NCBI GenBank assembly: GCA_043801965.1
Contig: JAZDLN010000022.1
Span: 9,989-73,988, forward strand
DNA from: Candidatus Falkowbacteria bacterium
Lineage (GTDB): Bacteria; Patescibacteriota; Patescibacteriia; Patescibacteriales; UBA12075
DNA: 64,000 nucleotides
Direction of reading: 5' to 3'
Shown here: in pieces, positions 54,276 through 60,992 of the stretch
Numbering within the stretch: position 1 is the first letter of the stretch
Layout: the number at the start of each line of letters is the position of its first letter
Notes under the pieces: model-generated
Database searches by the model: none
What the model was told of the DNA's origin: nothing
The model's input: only the letters and a program-made list of their open reading frames with translations
Translations under genes and position numbers: made by a program

Positions 54276-54682
54276 TAATTAAGACCATAAAAAAAATATT
54301 CAGGTATGGATTAGGCGCCCTTTTCCTAATCCCCTTTTTCGGAGCTAGGGCCGCGCTGCTTACAGGAGATACCGCGGACAGGATAATAGGTGCCGGCGAT
54401 AGTCTGGGTACGGCGGCCGGTTTCGCTTCCGGCCAGAACCCGGGGAGCATTGTGGCCACGATAATTACAGGTTTTTTAAGCCTACTAGGCATTATATTTA
54501 TCGTGCTTATAATATACGGCGGCTATAGCTGGATGACGGCCGCCGGTGAGGAGCAAAAAGTAGAAAAAGCCAAAGACACGATCAAGCGCGCCGTAATAGG
54601 CCTGATCATAATAGTGGCCGCTTATTCGATCACTTACTTTGTTTTTACCGCCCTGGACGCCGCGATGAGCGGAAATCCCTAG
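54272..54682 (+). CDS. VirB2/TrbC-like pilin paralogue 9 (divergent)
   Basis: 136 aa. GGYSWMTAAGEEQKVEKAK core. 4-nt ATGA overlap with paralogue 8. Confidence 0.7.
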   Translation: MIIKTIKKIFRYGLGALFLIPFFGARAALLTGDTADRIIGAGDSLGTAAGFASGQNPGSIVATIITGFLSLLGIIFIVLIIYGGYSWMTAAGEEQKVEKAKDTIKRAVIGLIIIVAAYSITYFVFTALDAAMSGNP

Positions 54683-54760
54683 CGCCTTCAGCAGTTAATA
54701 TAAATAGTTTAGAAATTAATGAAAATTTCGCTAATATATAATATAGTTTTGAATTTGACC

Positions 54761-54789
54761 TTGACTTAATCTTTCCGGTATGATAAGAT
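54761..54789 (+). promoter_or_regulatory. Promoter candidate upstream of the 3D-domain gene
   Basis: TTGACT (54761-54766), 17-nt spacer, TAAGAT (54784-54789). Confidence 0.4.
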
Positions 54790-54808
54790 TAAATTAGATG
54801 AAGAAAAT

Positions 54809-54846
54809 CCCTATCTTTATACGTTTACGTATGATAGGGTTTTTTA
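54809..54846 (+). terminator. Strong hairpin plus T-run, either ending the pilin array or acting as a leader attenuator for the 3D gene
   Basis: ccctatc-ttt-atacgt-tt-acgtat-gataggg followed by tttttt, only 15 nt before ATG 54861. Confidence 0.6.
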
Positions 54847-54860
54847 TTTGACCACCACAC

Positions 54861-55391
54861 ATGAAACAGCTACTAAAAGAAAAAAATATTCCTTTAAAGC
54901 TAGCTAAAAAGATAATTTTTTCTTTAATTATTATCATAGTTTTTGATTTTTTCCTTTTTCCTGCCCCTGTTTTAGCTATCGAGCTAAATAGTATTGACGA
55001 GGAAATGATCGAACCAGTGGTTGAAGAGCCGGTAATAGTTAAAGAATTTATAAATAATTTACCCCTAAACGAAAACAGAAAAGCTTTAAAAGTAACATAC
55101 CGCACGATTACGGCTTATAATTCCGAAAAAAACCAATGCGATGATTCCCCCTGCGTAACAGCTAACGGCTTTAATGTTTGCGAACATGGGACCGAAGACA
55201 CAATTGCCGCTAATTGGTTAAAATTCGGTACGCAGGTGCGAATTCCTGATTTATTCGGAGATCGTATCTTTACTGTCAGGGACCGCATGAACGAGCGTTA
55301 TGATGATCGGGTGGATATTTGGATGGTCGACAAAACCGACGCGAAAAAATTTGGCGTCAGGCACGCCAAGATAGAAATATTGGAGCCCTAG
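54861..55391 (+). CDS. 3D-domain (MltA/YuiC-like) cell-wall lytic protein, N-terminally anchored
   Basis: 176 aa. TM anchor. ITAYNSEKNQCDDSPCVTANG ... DRMNERYDDRVDIWM carries the three conserved Asp of the 3D domain. Confidence 0.85.
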   Translation: MKQLLKEKNIPLKLAKKIIFSLIIIIVFDFFLFPAPVLAIELNSIDEEMIEPVVEEPVIVKEFINNLPLNENRKALKVTYRTITAYNSEKNQCDDSPCVTANGFNVCEHGTEDTIAANWLKFGTQVRIPDLFGDRIFTVRDRMNERYDDRVDIWMVDKTDAKKFGVRHAKIEILEP

Positions 55392-55535
55392 AAAACAAAG
55401 CGATTTCTTTAACATAAGCTTATTTATCCCCGGATGGGGATTTTTGTTTACTTGTGTTATTCGATATTTTTTGATATATTACATTTATATTGATATAAAA
55501 AACCCACAAACAACTAAGGCTAGTATTGTCGAATC

Positions 55536-55701
55536 GGCCTGGTAGCCAAGCGGTAAGGCAATCCCGACGCTTCGGGACAAAACTGCCGCATATATAAGCT
55601 GATTTTAAGCACAATCATGGCCTGGTAGCCAAGCGGTAAGGCAATCCCGACGCTTCGGGACAAAACTGCCGCATATATAAGCTGATTTTAAGCACAATCA
55701 T
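55536..55701 (+). repeat. Two perfect 83-bp tandem units, each holding a tRNA-Cys 5' fragment, a 16-nt palindrome and an AT-rich spacer
   Basis: Units 55536-55618 and 55619-55701 are identical. Each has 26 nt matching the tRNA-Cys 5' end, TCCCGACGCTTCGGGA replacing cagtttg, then caaaactg matching the tRNA, then 33 nt of unrelated sequence. Confidence 0.95.
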
Positions 55702-55773
55702 GGCCTGGTAGCCAAGCGGTAAGGCAACAGTTTGCAAAACTGTCATGCACCGGTTCAAATCCGGTCCAGGCCT
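55702..55773 (+). tRNA. tRNA-Cys (anticodon GCA)
   Basis: Acceptor ggcctgg/ccaggcc, anticodon arm acagt-ttGCAaa-actgt, T arm accgg-ttcaaat-ccggt. 72 nt. Confidence 0.9.
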
Positions 55774-55784
55774 CAAATTAAATT

Positions 55785-55806
55785 CCACCTCTTAGGGTGG
55801 TTTTTG
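55785..55806 (+). terminator. Intrinsic terminator after tRNA-Cys
   Basis: ccacc-tcttag-ggtgg hairpin plus T5. Confidence 0.7.
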
Positions 55807-56001
55807 TTTTAAGTAATTTGAGCTGGTACTCGAATATGTCGGGTATGCAAAATAAAAAAGGGCAGTATAAGGGTATGTATAATGAACCCTTAAGACTAAA
55901 GATGATTTACTGTAGAGTCCAAGTATACATAGACAAACAGTAAACAGTCATAGGTTATGATTTTATGGTAAGTCTATAGATATTTGGACTAAAAAAAGGA
56001 G

Positions 56002-56033
56002 TTATCCACATGATTTTCCACAACTGTGCATAA
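56002..56033. promoter_or_regulatory. Cluster of three DnaA-box-like 9-mers
   Basis: TTATCCACA (56002-56010, perfect consensus), TTTTCCACA (56014-56022) and the reverse TTATGCACA (56025-56033). Flanked by TAAGTCTA-N7-TTGGACT units at 55969-55991 and 56044-56068. Confidence 0.45.
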
Positions 56034-56697
56034 ATATCTTTCTTTAAGTCTAAATGCTTTTGGACTTAAATGTGGATTGTCAATAACGATGTGTATGCCT
56101 CTAATATTTTATCTAATAATAAATGATAAATATTCTAAGACCTAGGATTGACTGAAGCTGTTTTGTGTGTTATATTAATAATAGGTTAATAAACAAAAAA
56201 GTTATTTACAATTTAAGAAAAATTTACCTAAATATCTGCTTTAAAAGTACGGGCGGATAAAATTGGTTAAATTTTCCTGTTTTCTACTTATCATTTCGGC
56301 CAGATCCGACATGGTCAGACAAAAACAAAAACAAAAAAAAGGTAGTGCTGATTATAATATTATAAATAATCGGTATTTACCGCTTGATTGGTAGAAAACA
56401 TGCTTTTAAGTCGGAAAAAAGCTCCAAAAACTCCGTGATCAGGGATTTTCTTGCTCATATCTCGTATATGGACAATTAATAAGATCCGGGGCTTGTGGCT
56501 CAACATTAGTGACCTCATCTATTTACATAAGAAGGGGGCCCAGTTGGGCCACTTTTTAATTTGTATTTATACTTCAGATGATAAATTTTACGGATAGCAT
56601 ACATTTATCGAAAGCTTGCCAAAATTGTCGCGGCATTATATAATAATAATAGATTTTCCTGTGAATAAGGAATTTTTTTAACAGCTAATAATTGTTT

Positions 56698-57066
56698 ATG
56701 ACAACAGAAGACAATAAATTAGATTCAGAATCTTTAGAAAAAATAAAAAAGGAGTTAACGGAGAAAAGGGAGCAAATACTCAAAGACCTGGAAGAGGTTT
56801 CGACCGGAGACAGGGTAAAATTTCCGGATTATGGCGATAAGCTTGATGAAAACGCCCAGGAAATCGATGAATATACGACCAATCTGGCCACCGACAAGGT
56901 GCTGGAAGAGTCTCTTCGTGACATAGAGAACGCCCTGGATCGGATAGAAAAGGGTGTTTACGGAGTATGCAAATACTGCCATCAGCCGATCGGAAAAAAG
57001 CGCCTCCTGGCCAGACCGGTCGCTTCAGCCTGCGTGCCCTGCAAAACGAAATTGCAGAATGGTTAA
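56698..57066 (+). CDS. DksA/TraR-family C4 zinc-finger protein
   Basis: CKYCHQPIGKKRLLARPVASACVPC four-Cys finger preceded by a coiled-coil region. ATG 56698 preferred over TTG 56692. Confidence 0.8.
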   Translation: MTTEDNKLDSESLEKIKKELTEKREQILKDLEEVSTGDRVKFPDYGDKLDENAQEIDEYTTNLATDKVLEESLRDIENALDRIEKGVYGVCKYCHQPIGKKRLLARPVASACVPCKTKLQNG

Positions 57067-57084
57067 AGTACGAATTTTTCCGCT

Positions 57085-57534
57085 ATGTTTTTATCGAATT
57101 TACATAAAATAGACCGGTATTTTTTACCGGCTGTTTTTTTTGCCGCTCTGGACAGGTTTTTAAAGAGTGTGGCCGTAAGACAGACAGAATTCAGCCTGAT
57201 CGGTGATTTTTTTAAGTTCAGTTTCGCGGAAAATCGTTATATCGCTTTTTCCTTACCCCTGTACGGAAATTTTCTGAATATATTAATTCTGGCGATACTT
57301 TTAGGTTTAGCGTACTATTTCTTAAATTTAATAAGAAAAGACCAGCCTCGGGAGGCCGGTCTGATCCTTATTTTAATCTTCGGTGCCGCCAGTAATTTAT
57401 TTGATCGTCTGAAATTCGGTTTTGTCGTTGATTATTTAGATCTCCGTTATTTTACGGTTTTTAATATAGCCGATATCATGATAGTGGCCAGTGTCGGGTT
57501 ATTGATTTATTACAGTTTCAAAAAGGACGTTTAA
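57085..57534 (+). CDS. lspA: Lipoprotein signal peptidase (signal peptidase II)
   Basis: 149 aa, 4 TM. GAASNLFDR and FNIADIMI catalytic-Asp motifs. Confidence 0.85.
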   Translation: MFLSNLHKIDRYFLPAVFFAALDRFLKSVAVRQTEFSLIGDFFKFSFAENRYIAFSLPLYGNFLNILILAILLGLAYYFLNLIRKDQPREAGLILILIFGAASNLFDRLKFGFVVDYLDLRYFTVFNIADIMIVASVGLLIYYSFKKDV

Positions 57535-58169
57535 GCGGCCTTTTTCTCTAGGTCTCCAGCGCTAACTTTTTTTATCTGAAAAATTTTAGGGTAATACGGT
57601 TTTCCAGGCTCCTTGCCGTGTAATCGCAGGGCGACCGCCTTGATATCGCCCATATTTATATCTCCGTTAACTACTCTGTAATATTGAGCGTCATTAGTAT
57701 ATCCGTCTTTGGGGTTTACTATATTAATATTATCTTTCCAAAATCCAATAGCCATATTAAACGGCAACGCCGAAACCATATTTTTCGTATCGCCAGCGTA
57801 TGCGATTGACGTCTCCCAACGAGTGGCCACATTCGGTTTCTTTGATTCAATTTTCAAAATATTATTTTTGTCTGCCAACAAAGATAATAATTCAACCGGA
57901 TTGCTACCACGCCACAGTAGCCCATCTGTGCCGACTTCAACCTCTTCCAAGCGATAATCAACAGGCAATAATTCATTTATTGCTTTTTTTATTTCCAGGT
58001 AACATTCGTCAATTTCCTCCTGATCATCGCTTCCCTCGATCTCCTGATAGCTTTTATTTTTTATTTCGTTGATTCTGTTTAATAAATTATTTATTTTTCG
58101 CTGGCCACGTTTAGTCTCGTCCAGGGACGCGCCAGAAAAAAGGTCGGTAAATTTTTCTTTTTTATTCAT
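57531..58169 (-). CDS. Hypothetical protein
   Basis: 212-aa ORF. No motif recognised. Confidence 0.55.
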   Translation of the reverse strand: MNKKEKFTDLFSGASLDETKRGQRKINNLLNRINEIKNKSYQEIEGSDDQEEIDECYLEIKKAINELLPVDYRLEEVEVGTDGLLWRGSNPVELLSLLADKNNILKIESKKPNVATRWETSIAYAGDTKNMVSALPFNMAIGFWKDNINIVNPKDGYTNDAQYYRVVNGDINMGDIKAVALRLHGKEPGKPYYPKIFQIKKVSAGDLEKKAA

Positions 58170-58172
58170 ATA

Positions 58173-58598
58173 TTAATATTTTATTATTCTTTGATTGTTT
58201 TTATCGTGCTTTATTTTTATGAATTTGGTTTTTTTCGGCAGAACCTTTTTTATTTTATCGGCCCATTCGATAACAGTAAGCGTGTCCGGGCGATTTATGT
58301 ACTCGTCCGCTCCGATATCGGAAATTTCCCGGGTGCTTTTTATACGATAAGCATCGATATGCGCGATATTCCTGATCGTTTCGGTATTACGTGTCTTATA
58401 GATCTTCATCAGAACGAAAGTCGGGCTGTTGACCGTGCGTTTTACGCCAAGCGTTTTTCCCAGCACTCCGGTAAAAAAGGTTTTCCCCGCGCCCAGGTCT
58501 CCGATAAGCCCCAGGACATCCCCGCCCCGTAAATCCCGGGCGTATTTTCGGGCGAAAGCCGACATCTCTTTTTCTGATTTTATGATAATTTCCGGCAT
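58173..58598 (-). CDS. tsaE: tRNA t6A biosynthesis ATPase TsaE
   Basis: 141 aa. GDLGAGKTFFTG P-loop, SPTF, HIDAYR. Confidence 0.9.
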   Translation of the reverse strand: MPEIIIKSEKEMSAFARKYARDLRGGDVLGLIGDLGAGKTFFTGVLGKTLGVKRTVNSPTFVLMKIYKTRNTETIRNIAHIDAYRIKSTREISDIGADEYINRPDTLTVIEWADKIKKVLPKKTKFIKIKHDKNNQRIIKY

Positions 58599-58805
58599 AT
58601 TGCTATTCTAGCTTATTTTTTCGGAAAAATAAAGAGAAATTAAAAACCCTACCAAAAATAAAAAAGAGGCTAAAGCATTAACCTCTTGCTAAGTTCCTTA
58701 TAACGCTGTTTCCATGGATAGAAGTTTACACGGTGAGCTGTTTTTTTCGTAAGTTATCCAGCCTCGCTTTCTAAGCGGATCGCATAGCAATATGGGGGAA
58801 AATAA

Positions 58806-59558
58806 CTATTTGTTTTGCGGTAAAGATGCCCACATTAGTTCAAAAAATTCCCGGAACATTTTTATGATATGTTTGTTCTCAATGGTAAGGGCCATGATGG
58901 GCGTGCCGACCAAGTGTATGAAAATTCGATCGGGTACGATACGGAGAACGGTCGAAAGCTGGGTGGTGGCCGGCAGAATTTTTATGTTCATACCCATGGC
59001 GCTTTGAATTTGTTTGTACTTTCCTGCTTCTTCACTTTGGGTGAGCAAAAGTCTTTTTTTAACACCCATCTTAGCTTCTCGTTCAAAAATCTTGGTAAAA
59101 AATACTTCATCAAGGTCCAAAGTTTTTTTAGTATCACCCACAACCAGGATTTCGTCGCGCAGGCTCATTTTTTGTGAAAATTCGGTATAGATATTTTTGA
59201 TCGCTTCCAGACCTTCGTAATAGCGGATCACGCTGTCTTTGGCATCTTCGCGGAAAAGCGACATAAAATCAGGCAGGGTTTCTTTGAAACGCTGTCTTTT
59301 TCGTTCCAAGATTTTGTCCAATTGTTCCGGGCTCTCGGCCACGTACTGTTTTTTCCAGCCTTTCATATCAATACGCATCAACCCCAGGTTTTTCAGGGGA
59401 TCAATCAGGGAGTGTACAGTAGTTCGTTTCATATTGGCTTCGCCGGCAATCTTGGTTATTGAGCTGGGGCCCAAAGATAAAGCGCTCAGGTACACCTGAG
59501 CCTCATTTTCAGACAAACCCAAATCTATCAAAACCTTTTTTAAGTCCTTATTTTTCAT
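58806..59558 (-). CDS. TrmB-family transcriptional regulator
   Basis: 250 aa. N-terminal LGLSENEAQVYLALSLGPSSITKIA winged-helix motif typical of TrmB. Confidence 0.8.
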   Translation of the reverse strand: MKNKDLKKVLIDLGLSENEAQVYLSALSLGPSSITKIAGEANMKRTTVHSLIDPLKNLGLMRIDMKGWKKQYVAESPEQLDKILERKRQRFKETLPDFMSLFREDAKDSVIRYYEGLEAIKNIYTEFSQKMSLRDEILVVGDTKKTLDLDEVFFTKIFEREAKMGVKKRLLLTQSEEAGKYKQIQSAMGMNIKILPATTQLSTVLRIVPDRIFIHLVGTPIMALTIENKHIIKMFREFFELMWASLPQNK

Positions 59559-59786
59559 AATAATTGAAAAAATTTACAATTTTGACGAAATTTTTGTCGA
59601 CATAATTTATTCTAACATAAAACAAAAAATAATACAAATATATAGTATTGCCGACAAATATGACAAATATTCAGTATTATGACATAATGTAGTTATAAAG
59701 TCAAAAGAACATTGAAAACTAAAACCACCTTAATAAAATCCATCGGGGATTTTGGATGGGCGGTTACATTTAAAAGGAGAATAGTC

Positions 59787-60326
59787 ATGAATAACAGAGA
59801 GGAAGCAAAAAAATTCTTAGAGGAAGTTCTTGAAGTGATTAGGAAAAAGGATCGAGGAATTTTTTTCGAAAACAACGAAGTCAACCCAGAAAAAAGCATA
59901 TATCTTTTGGATAATGGTGAAGTTTGTGGGATGATTTATGGCCTTTCCGTCAGAAAGGGAGAGGAATGGATGGATTGGGGGTATGAAAAGCGGCCCCTAA
60001 ACCACATGCTGGTTCTGAACGCTATTGCGATAGTTCTTAAAAAGCGTGGAGTGAAAGTGTTCAAAGACGGGAGCAAGATAGTAATAGTACAAAAACATGA
60101 TACCGAGACAAAGCACCCAAACATTCACATGCTGTATGCCAGGTCGGGTTTTATGGGGGGAGTGCATGGAAGCCGGGCTTCCATATTCGCAGACGCGCTT
60201 GCCAATGAATACAGATATGATAGTGAGGCAGATACTTTGATTTGCCGCCCGAGGGTTTGGCCAGGTGACCCGAAAGAACCGGAATATATTGTTCCTTTCT
60301 TCTCTTTAACGGAAGAAGAAATTTAA
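59787..60326 (+). CDS. Hypothetical protein
   Basis: Start at MNNREEAKK with AAGGAG SD. No motif recognised. Confidence 0.55.
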   Translation: MNNREEAKKFLEEVLEVIRKKDRGIFFENNEVNPEKSIYLLDNGEVCGMIYGLSVRKGEEWMDWGYEKRPLNHMLVLNAIAIVLKKRGVKVFKDGSKIVIVQKHDTETKHPNIHMLYARSGFMGGVHGSRASIFADALANEYRYDSEADTLICRPRVWPGDPKEPEYIVPFFSLTEEEI

Positions 60327-60333
60327 TTTCATA

Positions 60334-60367
60334 GAGTCAAGCGCTGTACAACGCTTGGCTCTTTTTC
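60334..60367 (+). terminator. Intrinsic terminator
   Basis: gagtcaagcg-N8-cgcttggctc hairpin plus T5. Confidence 0.7.
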
Positions 60368-60380
60368 TTTTATGTGAAGT

Positions 60381-60412
60381 AAAACAAAAGACTGTTCTTT
60401 CTGGAAACAGTC
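60381..60412 (-). terminator. Intrinsic terminator closing the rplS-tRNA-GIY-YIG transcription unit
   Basis: On the minus strand, a gactgtt-tccagaaag-aacagtc hairpin followed by ttttgtttt. Confidence 0.65.
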
Positions 60413-60420
60413 CCCGTATG

Positions 60421-60499
60421 TGGACGCGCAATCCCGAAGCGTCGGGAGAACCTAGGACCCCCTCGGTGTAAATCCCGAAGCGTCGGGACTCTAACCAGC
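60421..60499 (-). pseudogene. Partial tRNA-Val copy (3' ~60 nt) with two 16-nt palindromes substituted
   Basis: Sense strand: gctggttagag[TCCCGACGCTTCGGGA]tttacaccgagggggtcctaggttc[TCCCGACGCTTCGGGA]ttgcgcgtcca. The palindromes replace cacctcg and gaatcc of the intact tRNA. Confidence 0.85.
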
Positions 60500-60751
60500 C
60501 GCTTTTGATCCGCACAATTTTTTATAAAATTTTTTGCTTTTCTGATTTTTTAAAAATTTTTCCTGAATCATGGCCTCTGACCTGGTGTCATATTTTTCTT
60601 GATAAACAAGATGCCATCCGCCGTTATATTTAGAAGTATAAACAGAAAGCCGGTTTTGGTGTTCAAAAATTCTTCTTCTTAAATTATCGGTTTGTCCAAT
60701 ATAAAATTTATCGTATTTTTTGTTGTACAAAATATAAACAAAAAATTTCAT
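60491..60751 (-). CDS. Small GIY-YIG nuclease-family protein (YhbQ/UPF0213-like)
   Basis: 86 aa. FVYILYN...KFYIGQTDNLRRRIFEH ... E (GIY-YIG, Arg, Glu pattern). The ATG lies 2 nt after the tRNA-Val 3' end. The last codons and stop lie inside the tRNA-Val remnant. Confidence 0.85.
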   Translation of the reverse strand: MKFFVYILYNKKYDKFYIGQTDNLRRRIFEHQNRLSVYTSKYNGGWHLVYQEKYDTRSEAMIQEKFLKNQKSKKFYKKLCGSKAAG

Positions 60752-60752
60752 G

Positions 60753-60826
60753 TGGACGCGCAAGGATTCGAACCTAGGACCCCCTCGGTGTAAACGAGGT
60801 GCTCTAACCAGCTGAGCTACGCGTCC
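60753..60826 (-). tRNA. tRNA-Val (anticodon TAC)
   Basis: Sense strand: ggacgcg ta gctc agctggtta gagc a cctcg ttTACac cgagg gggtc ctagg ttcgaat ccttg cgcgtcc a. One U-U mismatch in the T stem. Confidence 0.9.
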
Positions 60827-60859
60827 CCCAACAACTAATATATAACATTAGTTGTTGCA

Positions 60860-60946
<87 letters not shown>

Positions 60947-60992
60947 TTTGTTTGTGATCAATGTTTATAATTAGTTTGGATATTCTCTCCCC

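Noticed and set aside
50392-54682. The small pilin-like genes could be type IV (PilA-type) pilins or a bacteriocin/holin gene cluster.
   Set aside because: They have no class III prepilin leader (G/FTLIE) and no double-glycine leader. They have a standard signal peptide plus two TM helices with a charged connecting loop, which fits VirB2/TrbC-type pilins better. A holin-like or other membrane function cannot be strictly excluded without searches.
55536-55773. The 83-bp tandem repeat could be mistaken for a small CRISPR array.
   Set aside because: The whole 83-bp units are identical, so there are no unique spacers. The repeated part is the 5' end of the adjacent tRNA-Cys, there are only 2 units plus the tRNA, and no cas genes are in the window.
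59559-59786. Repeated GACA(A/T)A(A/T)T motifs in the TrmB divergent promoter region as an operator.
   Set aside because: The motifs are short and AT-rich, and I could not define a convincing palindrome by eye. This is left as an unreported possibility.
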